From positions 331,848 to 395,847 of the forward strand of contig CAVYGR010000003.1 of assembly GCA_963768105.1 (NCBI GenBank): a stretch of DNA of 64,000 nt, written 5' to 3'. This stretch comes from Candidatus Dormiibacterota bacterium. GTDB lineage: Bacteria; Chloroflexota; Dormibacteria; Aeolococcales; Aeolococcaceae. Made by a program: the position numbers and the translations under genes. Of this stretch, positions 40,883 through 54,626 are shown piece by piece. The notes under the pieces are model-generated. The model worked only from the letters and a program-made list of their open reading frames with translations, was not told the DNA's origin and did not search any database. How positions within the stretch are numbered: position 1 is the first letter of the stretch; every line of letters begins with the position of its first letter.

Positions 40883-41410
40883 ATGACGCAGTCGGTCGCT
40901 CTCACCATCAACGGTAGGCGGCGGGAGGACCGCGTCGAGCCCCAACTCCTCCTGGTCCATTACCTGCGCGAGGTGGCCGGGTTGACCGGCACGCACATCG
41001 CCTGCGACACCAGCCAGTGCGGTGCCTGCACCGTCCTGCTGGACGGGGAGGCGGTCAAGTCGTGCAGCGTCTTCGCCGTTCAGGCCCAGGGCCGTGACGT
41101 GACGACGATCGAGGGTCTCGCCGCCGACGGCATCCTGCATCCCGTGCAGCAGGCCTTCTGGAGCGAGCACGGGCTCCAGTGCGGCTTCTGCACACCCGGA
41201 TTCATCATGGCGGCCGCGTATCTGCTCCAGCAGAACCCGACGCCGAGCGACGAAGAGATCGATCGAGGGCTGGAAGGGAACCTCTGCCGTTGTACCGGGT
41301 ACACCAACATCAGGAAGGCGGTCCGAGCCGCCGCGCGCGCCATGAACGGCGGCACGGCGGAGGTGTCCGGTACCGTCGCATCCCCGGTCGCCGCGTCGGT
41401 GGAGGGCTAA
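40883..41410 (+). CDS. (2Fe-2S)-binding small subunit of a CoxSLM/xanthine-dehydrogenase-family molybdoenzyme
   Basis: ATG at 40883 with [19 protein letters not shown] and CGFCTPGF...CRCTGY cluster motifs. Confidence 0.9.
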   Translation: MTQSVALTINGRRREDRVEPQLLLVHYLREVAGLTGTHIACDTSQCGACTVLLDGEAVKSCSVFAVQAQGRDVTTIEGLAADGILHPVQQAFWSEHGLQCGFCTPGFIMAAAYLLQQNPTPSDEEIDRGLEGNLCRCTGYTNIRKAVRAAARAMNGGTAEVSGTVASPVAASVEG

Positions 41411-41413
41411 CCC

Positions 41414-43753
41414 ATGGCCGTGACCACCATGATCGGCGCCCGCATTCAGCGGCGCGAGGATCCCAAGCTCATCACCGGGCACGGGCAGTTCATCGACGAC
41501 GTCAACCTCGTGAACATGGCACACATGTCGATCGTGCGCAGCCCGCATGCGCACGCGCGCATCAAGTCGGTCGACACCGCGGCCGCGCTGTTATCCAAAG
41601 GTGTGGTCGCGGTGCTCACCGCCGCCGACTTCAAACCGGTGATCCACGGGCCGCTTCCGGTGACGAACGCGTTCGTCCCGGACAAGAAGCAGATCCCGGA
41701 GCAGTTCCCGATCGCCTCGGACGAGGTGGTGTACGCAGGGGAACCGGTCGCGGTGGTGATCGCCGAGGATCGCTACACCGCCGACGACGCGGCACAACTG
41801 GTGGCCGTCGACTACGAGCCGCTGCCCGTGGTCATGGACCTCGAAAAAGCGATGGCACCGGGCAGCCCGCTGGTGAAGACTGACCGTCCCGACAACATCG
41901 GCTGGGACGCCGCGTTCCCCGCCGGCGATATCGACGCCGCCTTCGCCGAGGCGGAGGTGACCGTCAAGGAGCGGATCGGGCAACAGCGTCTGTTCCCGAC
42001 ACCGATGGAGACGCGCGGCTGCGTCGCCGACTATGTGCCGTTCGACAACCGCGTGACCCTGTGGACATCCACGCAGGTCCCGCACTTTGTCCGGCTGTTC
42101 GTGGGCGGTGCGCTCGGGGTCCCGGAGTCGCAAATGCGCGTGATCAGCCACGACGTCGGCGGGGGATTCGGTTCGAAGATCCGGCCGTATGGTGAGGAGT
42201 ACCTGTGCACCGCCGCGTCCAAGCTGAGCGGGCGGCCGGTGAAATGGATCGAGGACCGCACCGAGAGCCTGCAGGCGACGACGCACGGACGCGGTCAGAT
42301 CTTCGACGTGGAGGTCGCCGCGAAGCGCGACGGCACGCTTCTTGGACTGCGCTTCACGCAGCTCCTCGACATCGGCGCGTACCACGGCGTGTTCAGCGCC
42401 TTCCAGGTGGTCGCGTGCCTGCTCGGCGGCGGCCCCTACGAGTGGAAGGCGATCAACGCCCGCAGCATCGGCATCTTCACCAACCGCACATCGACCGATC
42501 CCTATCGCGGCGCCGGGCGACCGGAGGCCACCCACCTCGTCGAGCGTGCTGTCGATCTTGTCGCCCGCGAGATCGGGATGGACCCGGCCGAGATCCGGCG
42601 CAAGAACTTCGTCAAAAGCTTCCCGCACGTCAACAACTTTGGCCTCACCTACAACTCCGGTGATTACCCCAAGACCCTGGATCGCGCGATGGCGAACATC
42701 GACTATGCGGCCTTGCGCAAGCGTCAGGAGGAATTGCGCGCCAAGGGACGCTACACGGGCATCGGGTTCAGCACCTACGTCGAGATCTGCGGCCTGGGCC
42801 CGAGCGCGGCGACGGCTCCCGCTGCCGGCATCGCGCTGGTCGAGTCGTCGATGGTGCGGGTGCATCCCACCGGCTCGGTGACCGTGTCGGTGGGCACACA
42901 CTCGCACGGCCAGAGCCACGAAACCACGTTTGCGCAGATCACGGCCGACGCCCTTGGTGTGCCCTACGACTCCGTCGAGATCCACCATGGCGATACCGGT
43001 GACACGCCGTTCGGGTATGGCACGTACGGCTCGCGCAGCCTGGCCGTCGGCGGCATGGCGATCATGGCGTCGTGCCACAAGGTCGTCGAGAAGGCACGCA
43101 AGCTCGCCGCGCACGCGTTCGAGGCGTCGGAAGAGGACATCGTCGTCGACCAGGGGCGCTATTTCGTCCGCGGCAATCCCGGCGAGGCGAAGGTGCTCGC
43201 CGAGCTGGCATTCGCCTCGTACGGCGCCGGCCTGCCCGAGGGCATGGAGCAGGGGCTCGAGGCGGTGTCGTACTTCGACCCGCCGAACTTCGTCTGGCCG
43301 TTCGGCTGCCACATCTGTGCGGTGGAGGTGGACCCGGAGACCGGCGCCGTCAGCATCGACCGCTACGTGGCGGTCGACGACTGCGGCAACGTCATCAATC
43401 CGATGGTCGTCGACGGCCAGCTCCACGGCGGCATCGCCCAGGGCATCTCCCAGGCGCTGTTCGAAGAGGTCCGCTACGACGACGAGACCGGACAGATGCT
43501 CAACGGGACCATGCTCGATTACCTGATCCCGACCATGGCGGAGATGCCGATGTTCGAGCTGGACCGCACGGTGACCCCGAGCCCGACCAACGAGCTGGGT
43601 GTCAAGGGCATCGGGGAAGCCGGAACGATCGCGTCGAGCGTCGCGGTGATCAACGCGATCACCGATGCGCTGGCACCGTTCGGTATCAAGCACGTGGAGA
43701 TGCCGGCGCGACCGGATCGTCTCTGGTCGATGATCAAGGAGGCACGCGCATGA
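41414..43753 (+). CDS. molybdopterin-binding large subunit, form-II CoxL-like
   Basis: 779 aa. The active-site loop reads PYRGAGR (form II AYRGAGR type), not the form I AYxCSFR loop. Confidence 0.88.
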   Translation: MAVTTMIGARIQRREDPKLITGHGQFIDDVNLVNMAHMSIVRSPHAHARIKSVDTAAALLSKGVVAVLTAADFKPVIHGPLPVTNAFVPDKKQIPEQFPIASDEVVYAGEPVAVVIAEDRYTADDAAQLVAVDYEPLPVVMDLEKAMAPGSPLVKTDRPDNIGWDAAFPAGDIDAAFAEAEVTVKERIGQQRLFPTPMETRGCVADYVPFDNRVTLWTSTQVPHFVRLFVGGALGVPESQMRVISHDVGGGFGSKIRPYGEEYLCTAASKLSGRPVKWIEDRTESLQATTHGRGQIFDVEVAAKRDGTLLGLRFTQLLDIGAYHGVFSAFQVVACLLGGGPYEWKAINARSIGIFTNRTSTDPYRGAGRPEATHLVERAVDLVAREIGMDPAEIRRKNFVKSFPHVNNFGLTYNSGDYPKTLDRAMANIDYAALRKRQEELRAKGRYTGIGFSTYVEICGLGPSAATAPAAGIALVESSMVRVHPTGSVTVSVGTHSHGQSHETTFAQITADALGVPYDSVEIHHGDTGDTPFGYGTYGSRSLAVGGMAIMASCHKVVEKARKLAAHAFEASEEDIVVDQGRYFVRGNPGEAKVLAELAFASYGAGLPEGMEQGLEAVSYFDPPNFVWPFGCHICAVEVDPETGAVSIDRYVAVDDCGNVINPMVVDGQLHGGIAQGISQALFEEVRYDDETGQMLNGTMLDYLIPTMAEMPMFELDRTVTPSPTNELGVKGIGEAGTIASSVAVINAITDALAPFGIKHVEMPARPDRLWSMIKEARA

Positions 43754-44565
43754 TCACCGCGGCATTCGAGTACGCGCGGCCGGGTTCCGTCGACGAAGCC
43801 CAATCGCTGCTGAAGCAATACGGTGCCGACGCCAAGGTCATCGCCGGCGGGCAGAGCCTGATCCCGCTGATGCGGCTGCGCCTGAGCCAGCCCACCGCCC
43901 TGGTGGACATTCAGCGCATCCCGGGCCTCAACCAGGTCCGCCGGGACAACGGGACCGTGGAGATCGGTGCGCTGATGCGTCACGTCGACATCCAGCGCAA
44001 CGCCACGTTGCGAGAGACGCTGCCGATCCTCGTGGAGATGGCCAACGACGTCGGCGACAACCAGGTGCGCAACCTGGGGACCATCGGCGGCGTGATTGCG
44101 CACGGCGACAGCGCCGGCGACTACAACTCGCTCGCGCTCATGCTCGACGCGGAGATCGTCACCAACAAGCGCCGCCACCGGGCCAGCGAGTTCTACCGCG
44201 ACATCTTCACCACCGCGCTCGAGCCGGACGAGGTGGTCACCGCGGTGCGCTTCCCGGTGTCGACCGGCCGCTTCGCGTATACGAAATTCCGCCGCCGCCT
44301 CTATGACTGGGCGATCGCCGGCGTCGCGGTGCAGGAGACCGGTTCGTCGTGGCGGGTGGGTTACGTGAACCTTGCGAGGACACCGCGCCGGGGCATAGCC
44401 GTCGAGGACGCGCTCGCCGGCGGCGCGTCGCCGGCCGAGGCCGCCGCCCGCTGTGGCGCGGACATCGAACCGACCGGCGACGTGCGCGCGACCGCCGAGT
44501 ACAAACGCCACCTCGCCGAGGTGCTCACCGCGCGGACGCTGCAGCAGGCGACAATGGCGGCTTGA
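43750..44565 (+). CDS. FAD-binding medium subunit (CoxM-like)
   Basis: ATG at 43750 (ATGA overlap). KVIAGGQSLIPLMRLR and NLGTIGGVIAHGD motifs. Confidence 0.87.
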   Translation: MITAAFEYARPGSVDEAQSLLKQYGADAKVIAGGQSLIPLMRLRLSQPTALVDIQRIPGLNQVRRDNGTVEIGALMRHVDIQRNATLRETLPILVEMANDVGDNQVRNLGTIGGVIAHGDSAGDYNSLALMLDAEIVTNKRRHRASEFYRDIFTTALEPDEVVTAVRFPVSTGRFAYTKFRRRLYDWAIAGVAVQETGSSWRVGYVNLARTPRRGIAVEDALAGGASPAEAAARCGADIEPTGDVRATAEYKRHLAEVLTARTLQQATMAA

Positions 44566-46049
44566 AGCGGATCAGCCACTGGATCGGTGGCCAGGTAGTC
44601 GCGGGAACATCGGGGAAGCACGGACCGGTCTACGACCCGGCAACGGGAGCGCAGACCGGATCCGTCGATCTCGCCTCGGCCGCCGAGGTGGACGCGGCGG
44701 TCGAGACCGCAGCGGGTGCGTTCCGGGAGTGGCGGGCCACGTCGCTGTCGCAACGGACCGCGATCCTGTTCGGCTTCCGCGACCTGCTCCACCGCCACCG
44801 CGACGATGTCGCGGCGCTCATCACCGCCGAGCACGGCAAGGTGATCTCGGACGCGCAGGGCGAGGTGGCCCGGGGGCTCGAGAACGTCGAGTTCGCCTGC
44901 GGTGTGCCCCATTTGCTCAAGGGCGGCTTCTCGGAGCAGCCGTCGCGGGGCGTCGACGTGTATTCGATCCGGCAGCCGCTGGGCGTGGTGGCCGGCATCA
45001 CTCCGTTCAACTTTCCGGCGATGGTCCCGATGTGGATGTTCGCCAACGCGATCGCGTGCGGCAATACCTTCATCCTCAAGCCGAGCGAGAAGGACCCGTC
45101 GCCGTCGTTGTTCTTCGCCGACCTCTGGCAACGGGCGGGGCTTCCCGACGGCGTCTTCACAGTGGTCCAGGGGGCCCGCGAGGCAGTCGACCGGCTGCTC
45201 GACCACCCCGACGTCGCGGCGCTGTCGTTTGTCGGTTCGACGCCGGTGGCCCGCCACATCTACGAGACCGGCACGCGCAACGGCAAGCGGGTGCAGGCCT
45301 TGGGCGGGGCCAAGAACCACATGGTGGTGCTCCCCGACGCGGATCTGGAGGCTGCCGCCGACGCGGCGGTGTCCGCCGGCTATGGATCCGCCGGCGAGCG
45401 CTGCATGGCGATCTCGACCGTGGTGGCGGTCGGCGACATCGGCCAGCGCCTCGTCGAGGCGATCGCCAAGCGCATTCCCGCCGTGAAGGTCGGCCCCGGG
45501 AGTGACCCCACCTCCGAGATGGGACCGCTGGTGACCCGTGAGCATCGCGACAAGGTCGCGACCTATCTGGACACCCAGGCGCTCGGCGGCGCCAGCCTGG
45601 TGGTGGACGGTCGCGACCACGCACCCGACGGCGACGGGTTCTTCCTCGGTCCATCCCTCGTCGACGGGGTCATGCCGGGGATGAAGGTGTACGACGACGA
45701 GATCTTCGGGCCGGTGCTCTCGGTGGTGCGCGTCGACACCTACGACGAGGCGATCCGCCTGGTCAATGACAATCCCTACGGCAACGGGGTGGCCATCTTC
45801 ACGCGCGATGGCGGCGCCGCTCGCAAGTTCCAGTTCGAAGTGCAGGTGGGCATGGTCGGCGTCAACGTCCCGATCCCGGTCCCGGTCGCCTATTACAGTT
45901 TCGGTGGATGGAAGGCCTCGCTCTTCGGCGACACGCACATGTACGGCCCGGATGGGATTCATTTCTACACGCGCACCAAAGTGGTGACGGCCCGATGGCC
46001 GGAGCCCGGCCCCGGCAGGGTGGATCTCGCCTTCCCCAGCAACGTGTGA
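44562..46049 (+). CDS. mmsA: CoA-acylating methylmalonate-semialdehyde dehydrogenase
   Basis: TTG at 44562 (TTGA overlap with the coxM-like stop). HWIGG, ITPFNFPAMVPMWMF..AIACGNTFILKPSE and GERCMA motifs. Confidence 0.86.
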   Translation: MKRISHWIGGQVVAGTSGKHGPVYDPATGAQTGSVDLASAAEVDAAVETAAGAFREWRATSLSQRTAILFGFRDLLHRHRDDVAALITAEHGKVISDAQGEVARGLENVEFACGVPHLLKGGFSEQPSRGVDVYSIRQPLGVVAGITPFNFPAMVPMWMFANAIACGNTFILKPSEKDPSPSLFFADLWQRAGLPDGVFTVVQGAREAVDRLLDHPDVAALSFVGSTPVARHIYETGTRNGKRVQALGGAKNHMVVLPDADLEAAADAAVSAGYGSAGERCMAISTVVAVGDIGQRLVEAIAKRIPAVKVGPGSDPTSEMGPLVTREHRDKVATYLDTQALGGASLVVDGRDHAPDGDGFFLGPSLVDGVMPGMKVYDDEIFGPVLSVVRVDTYDEAIRLVNDNPYGNGVAIFTRDGGAARKFQFEVQVGMVGVNVPIPVPVAYYSFGGWKASLFGDTHMYGPDGIHFYTRTKVVTARWPEPGPGRVDLAFPSNV

Positions 46050-46105
46050 CCTGCGTCCGCCGCCGCGGTGGAAGATCGTTGACGCCCTGATAGGCTAGGG
46101 CGCCG

Positions 46106-46981
46106 ATGACCGAATGGACCGGCGTGCGCGACAAGCGCGTCCTCATCACCGGCGCAACTCGGGGGATCGGGCTGGCGGGTGCCGAAGCACTGGCCCGCCG
46201 AGGAGCACAGATGGCAATCGTCGCCCGCGACGACGCGCGTGCCGCCGATGCGGTGCGGCGCATCGAGGCGGCCGGGAGCTCCAGGGTTGACGTGCTCTAT
46301 GCCGACCTGAGCTCGCAGGAGTCGGTGCGTGCCCTGGCCAGGGAGGCGCTCGAACGCTACCCGCGCATCGGGGTGCTGGTCAACAACGCAGGCGCGTGGT
46401 TCACGACCCGACAGGTGACCGTCGACGGCATCGAGCAGACCTGGGCACTCAACCACCTCGCACCGTTCCTGCTCACCACCCTGCTGCTCGAACGCCTCAC
46501 GGCGTCGGGGCCCGCACGCATCATCACGACCTCGTCGGATGCGCACAAGGGCAAGCTGATCCCGTTCGACGACCTGAACGCCGAACGCTCGTACCGGGGC
46601 CGCGGCTTCACGCGCTACGGCGAGACCAAGCTCGCCAACATCCTCTTCACGATGGAGCTGGCGCGCCGTCTCGATGGAACGGGCGTCACCGTGTACTGCT
46701 TCCATCCCGGGCTTGTCTCCACCGGTTTCAACCGCAACAACGGCATGCTGATGAGCGCCGGGATGGCGATCGTCAAGCCGTTCTCGCGCACCCCGAGGAA
46801 GGGGGCGGAGACGATGGTGTGGCTCGCCGACTCTCCGGACGTGTCAACGCAGAGCGGGGGCTACTACGTCGATCGCGCTCGCGCCGTTCCCAGCCGGCCG
46901 GCGCAGGACCCGGCGGTCGCACGACGGCTGTGGGAGGTCAGCGAAGAGCAAATCCGTCAGACCTCGGCTACGAGCGCCTGA
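46106..46981 (+). CDS. short-chain dehydrogenase/reductase (retinol-DH-like)
   Basis: VLITGATRGIGLA, NNAG and YGETKLAN motifs. Confidence 0.85.
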   Translation: MTEWTGVRDKRVLITGATRGIGLAGAEALARRGAQMAIVARDDARAADAVRRIEAAGSSRVDVLYADLSSQESVRALAREALERYPRIGVLVNNAGAWFTTRQVTVDGIEQTWALNHLAPFLLTTLLLERLTASGPARIITTSSDAHKGKLIPFDDLNAERSYRGRGFTRYGETKLANILFTMELARRLDGTGVTVYCFHPGLVSTGFNRNNGMLMSAGMAIVKPFSRTPRKGAETMVWLADSPDVSTQSGGYYVDRARAVPSRPAQDPAVARRLWEVSEEQIRQTSATSA

Positions 46982-46990
46982 CCTCGGTGT

Positions 46991-47524
46991 TCAGCGGTGC
47001 CCGAAGCGCCGGAACCATGGCCGGCGGCGCCAGGCCAGCTCGCCGCTCAGGGTTTCGTTGCGAATCAGCTCGCTGTGCAAGACGGTGACCAGCTCCCGCT
47101 CGCGACGCACGTACTCGGTCTGTTCCACGGCGCGGTTGGCGTGCTCCTCGAGGGCGCGCGCCCGCCACATGTCCACCTCCGCGGTGAGCGCGGCCACCTG
47201 AGCCTCATGCTCCTGGACCTGCTCGCGGAGCTGGATGATGTCGACCAGGTTGTCCATGGCCAGCAGGCGCAGGGCACGCACCGTTTCGGGGCTGTACGGC
47301 TCGTCGACCGACTCGGTCTCGAACAGTGCCGCGGCGAGCCGCTGCTCGCTGCGACCCACGAGGTGGAGGGTCGGCACGTCGTCGTCCAGCTCGAGTGGTG
47401 GCGGCTCGGGGGCGAGCGGTGGACCTGGCGGGATCCCCGTGGTCCCGGCGGGAAGGAGTTCGAGCGGCCATGACGGCGACCTCCTGGAAGACGTAGGTGG
47501 AATGACGTGAGTTCGCTCGGGCAA
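46991..47524 (-). CDS. hypothetical coiled-coil protein (start uncertain)
   Basis: The C-terminal 100 aa are heptad-like (DIIQLREQVQEHEAQVAALTAEVDMWRARALEEHANRAVEQTEYVRRERELV). The opposite-strand ORF looks like a shadow. Confidence 0.45.
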   Translation of the reverse strand: MPERTHVIPPTSSRRSPSWPLELLPAGTTGIPPGPPLAPEPPPLELDDDVPTLHLVGRSEQRLAAALFETESVDEPYSPETVRALRLLAMDNLVDIIQLREQVQEHEAQVAALTAEVDMWRARALEEHANRAVEQTEYVRRERELVTVLHSELIRNETLSGELAWRRRPWFRRFGHR

Positions 47525-47571
47525 GGCTACAACGGATGCAGCCGGAGTGGCCGCCCCTTTAGGCTTCAGCG

Positions 47572-51476
<3,905 letters not shown>

Positions 51477-51524
51477 CGTTCGACACCGTCCCGGCGACCC
51501 CCGACCCGGTACTCTAGAGGGGCC

Positions 51525-51749
51525 ATGGCAGTCGTACGTCTCGCGAACGGGGATGACCTCACGGTGAAGCTCACCGTGCGCGAGGTCATCGCCAAGCTCA
51601 ACGTCCCCGAGGGAGGCCCGACCTTCATCGAGCTTCCGGGCGAGGATGGTCCGTTCCTGGTCCGCCCCGAAGCCGTGCTCGCGGTCATCAACGACCAGCG
51701 GCGCGGCGTTTCCGGATTCCGGGTCGCGCAGGGAGCCGAGGCGAGCTGA
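51525..51749 (+). CDS. small conserved-looking protein (DUF3107-like by resemblance)
   Basis: 74 aa: MAVVRLANGDDLTVKLTVREVIAKL...FLVRPEAVLAVINDQRRGVSGF. It occupies the position where cysO sits in mycobacterial mec-cysO-cysM clusters, but has no C-terminal GG. Confidence 0.5.
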   Translation: MAVVRLANGDDLTVKLTVREVIAKLNVPEGGPTFIELPGEDGPFLVRPEAVLAVINDQRRGVSGFRVAQGAEAS

Positions 51750-51754
51750 GCGGC

Positions 51755-52717
51755 GTGAGCACGCCGCAGCATCCAGCCCAACCGGCATTCACGATCGTCC
51801 CCCGGGCGCTGGGGGAGACGATCACCGAGCGGATCGGCAACACGCCGCTGCTGCGCATCCGCCTGTTCGAGCGCGAGTGCCCGGACGTCTCGGTCTATGC
51901 GAAGGCGGAGTTCATGAACCCGGGCGGCTCGGTCAAGGACCGCCCGGCGCTGCGCATGATCGAGGAGGGGGAGCGATCGGGCCGGCTCACCCACGACCGG
52001 GTCATCATCGACAGCACCAGCGGGAACACGGGCATCGCGTACGCGATGATCGGCGCCGCCAAAGGCTATCGGGTGCGGCTCGTGATGCCCGCCAACGTGA
52101 GTGATGAGCGCCGCAAGCTGGTCGCCGCCTATGGCGCCGAGGTCGAGTACAGCGACCCACTCGAAGGCAGCGACGGCGCGATCCGTATGGTTCGTGCCAT
52201 GTATGACGAGAATCCCGACGCCTTCTTCATGCCCGACCAGTACAACAACGACGCCAACTGGCGCGCGCACTACGACGGGACGGGGGTGGAGATCTGGGAG
52301 CAGACGCGCGGCACGGTGACCCAGTTCGTCGCCGCGCTGGGGACCAGTGGCACCTTCATGGGGGTCACCCGGCGTCTCAGGGAAATGAACGCGGACATCC
52401 GGTGCATCAGCGTGCAGCCCGCGGAGCCGTGGCATGGCCTCGAGGGGCTGAAGCACATGGCGACCTCCATCGTGCCGAGCATCTACGACGCATCGCTTGC
52501 CGACGAGGACATCGGCGTCGAGACCGAACCCGCCTACGACGTCGCGCGCGAACTGGCACGGACCGAGGGCATCCTCGCCGGGCATTCGAGCGGGGCGGCG
52601 CTCTGGGCCGCCGGCGAGGTTGCCAGAAAGATCGGGCGCGGCGTGATCGTCACGGTGCTGCCCGATGGCGGCGACCGCTACCTCTCGACCGGGCTGTATG
52701 GGCGCAGCAGGCGTTGA
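51755..52717 (+). CDS. cysM: cysteine synthase B-type (CysM, PLP-dependent)
   Basis: GNTPLL, NPGGSVKDRPA, STSGNTGIA and GTSGT motifs. Followed by a JAMM gene with a TTGA overlap. Confidence 0.88.
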   Translation: MSTPQHPAQPAFTIVPRALGETITERIGNTPLLRIRLFERECPDVSVYAKAEFMNPGGSVKDRPALRMIEEGERSGRLTHDRVIIDSTSGNTGIAYAMIGAAKGYRVRLVMPANVSDERRKLVAAYGAEVEYSDPLEGSDGAIRMVRAMYDENPDAFFMPDQYNNDANWRAHYDGTGVEIWEQTRGTVTQFVAALGTSGTFMGVTRRLREMNADIRCISVQPAEPWHGLEGLKHMATSIVPSIYDASLADEDIGVETEPAYDVARELARTEGILAGHSSGAALWAAGEVARKIGRGVIVTVLPDGGDRYLSTGLYGRSRR

Positions 52718-53167
52718 ACCTGCGCCGCGCGACCATCGACCCCGCTGCTGAACAGCGGATCCGTGAGCTGGCTGCCGCCGCGTATCCGAATGAGGGATGC
52801 GGCGTGCTGCTCGGGCGTCGCGATGGCACCGGCATGCTCGTCGTCGACGCAACGTCGGCTCGGAACATGTGGACCGAGCGCAGCGCCGACCGCTACGACC
52901 TCGACCCCGGCGACTTCCTCCGCGCCGATCGCGATGCGCGCGCGCGCGGTCTGGACGTCTCGGGCATCTGGCACTCGCACCCGGACCACCCGGCGCGGCC
53001 GTCGCAGTTCGACACCGACCGTGCGTGGCTCGACTACGTCTACATCATCTGCCGGACCACGCGATCCGGGCGCGGAGGACATGAACGCCTTCGCTCTCGA
53101 GGCCGAGGGCGGGCCGATGCCGCAGATCGATCTGGATGTCGCGCCGGTCCCCGGCGGTAGGAAGTGA
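52714..53167 (+). pseudogene. mec: Mov34/JAMM metalloprotease (Mec+-like), apparent frame break near 53060
   Basis: NEGCGVLLG and HSHPDHPARPSQFD JAMM motifs. The C-terminus continues in another frame (DPGAEDMNAFALEAEGGPMPQIDLDV...), and that frame's TGA overlaps the der GTG (GTGA). Confidence 0.72.
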
Positions 53168-54573
53168 GCCCGGCCGGGGCAGCCCACCGGCGCCGGCGCG
53201 TGGAGACCGACCAGATTGCGCCCGCTGTGGGTGTGGTCGCCATCGTCGGGCGTCCCAACGTGGGCAAATCAACGCTGTTCAACCGGCTGACGGGGACGCG
53301 CCGCGCGATCGTCGACGAGATGGCCGGGTTGACGCGCGACCGCCTGTACGGCGTGGTGGAGTGGGGCGGCAGGCGTTTCACGCTGGTGGACACCGCCGGT
53401 CTCGACGTGCCCCTGCCGCGCGATGCAGCGGCGGACATCACCGCGTTGACCAAGGCGACCCGGGCGCAGGCGCGCATGGCCATCGAGGAGGCCGACGTCT
53501 GCTGCTTCATGGTCGATGTGCGTGATGGATTGACCGCGCTGGACGAGGAGATCGCGCAGACGCTTCGGCGTGGCGGGCGACCGGTCCTGCTCGTCGGCAA
53601 CAAGGCCGACAGCCAGGTGGACCGGTATCACGCCGACGAGTTGCACCGGCTCGGGCTCGGCGACCCGATGTTGATCTCGGCCCTGCAGGGCACCGACACC
53701 GGCGATCTGCTCGACAGGATGGTGGCGGCGCTCCCCGCGCAGGGGTCCCCCGGCACCGAACCCGCCACCGGCGAGGTCAGCGTCGCGATCATCGGACGGC
53801 CCAACACCGGCAAGTCATCCTTGCTCAACGGGTTGGTGGGGGAGGAGCGCGCGCTCGTGTCGCCGGTAGCCGGCACGACGCGAGACGTCGTGGACACCGT
53901 GGTGTCGGTCGACGGTCGCGTGATCCGACTCGTGGACACCGCGGGCATCCGCAGACGCGGGGTGGTCACCGAGAACGTCGAGCGCTACAGCCTGCTGCGC
54001 TCGTTGCGCGCGCTCCAGCGCAGCGATGTCGGACTGCTGGTCATCGACGCCTCAGAGGGCGCGAGCGCCCAGGACCGTCACATCGCCGGCTACGCGGTCG
54101 AGGCCGGAGCGGGTCTCGTGGTGGCCGCGAACAAATGGGACCTGGTGCCCCACGAGGATCGTGTCGATGCAGCCTTTCTGAAGAAGCTGCAGGAGTCGTT
54201 CTCGTTCGTTCCGGGCGTGCCCGTCCTGACGCTGTCGGCAACGGAGCACCGCAATCTCCGGCGCGTGATGCCCGCGGTGCTCGCCGTCGCCGACGCGCGT
54301 GCCATCCACATCCCGACGCCGGCGCTGAACACGCTGATTCGCAATGCGCTCGACGAGCATCCGCCGCGCACGCACAAGGGACGGCGTCTGAAGATTCTCT
54401 ACGCGACCCAGGCGCGCAGCCCGGTGCCGACCATCGTGCTCTTCGTCAATGATCCGGAGTTGCTGCACTTCGCCTATCAGCGGTATCTCGAGAACCGCAT
54501 ACGAGCCGTGTTCGGTTTCGCCGGCGTGCGCCTGCGGATCGTCGCGCGCCACCGCGACGAACGCGACGACTGA
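53164..54573 (+). CDS. der: ribosome-associated GTPase Der/EngA
   Basis: Two G domains (GRPNVGKST, DTAGL, NKAD; GRPNTGKSS, DTAGI, NKWD) and a KH-like C-terminus. Confidence 0.92.
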   Translation: MSPAGAAHRRRRVETDQIAPAVGVVAIVGRPNVGKSTLFNRLTGTRRAIVDEMAGLTRDRLYGVVEWGGRRFTLVDTAGLDVPLPRDAAADITALTKATRAQARMAIEEADVCCFMVDVRDGLTALDEEIAQTLRRGGRPVLLVGNKADSQVDRYHADELHRLGLGDPMLISALQGTDTGDLLDRMVAALPAQGSPGTEPATGEVSVAIIGRPNTGKSSLLNGLVGEERALVSPVAGTTRDVVDTVVSVDGRVIRLVDTAGIRRRGVVTENVERYSLLRSLRALQRSDVGLLVIDASEGASAQDRHIAGYAVEAGAGLVVAANKWDLVPHEDRVDAAFLKKLQESFSFVPGVPVLTLSATEHRNLRRVMPAVLAVADARAIHIPTPALNTLIRNALDEHPPRTHKGRRLKILYATQARSPVPTIVLFVNDPELLHFAYQRYLENRIRAVFGFAGVRLRIVARHRDERDD

Positions 54574-54626
54574 ACGGCGGTGAGCGCGCCCCTGGGGCCG
54601 GCGCGCTAGAGTCGGTGGGCGCGCCT

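Noticed and set aside
41591-43693. Very long antisense ORFs. Examples: 41591-43693 minus (700 aa), 57142-59856 plus (904 aa), 12576-14486 plus (636 aa), 15821-17401 minus, 17664-19130 minus.
   Set aside because: They lie opposite genes with clear family signatures. Their translations are Arg/Gly/Asp/His-rich without motifs. These are typical shadow ORFs of high-GC DNA.
41414-43753. Bona fide aerobic carbon-monoxide dehydrogenase.
   Set aside because: The active-site loop is YRGAGR (form II) rather than AYxCSFR, the gene order is S-L-M, and no coxDEF-type accessory genes are visible.
51525-51749. The 74-aa ORF upstream of cysM as the CysO sulfur carrier.
   Set aside because: It has no C-terminal Gly-Gly in this or any neighbouring frame. 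Its C-terminal half resembles DUF3107 rather than ThiS/MoaD.
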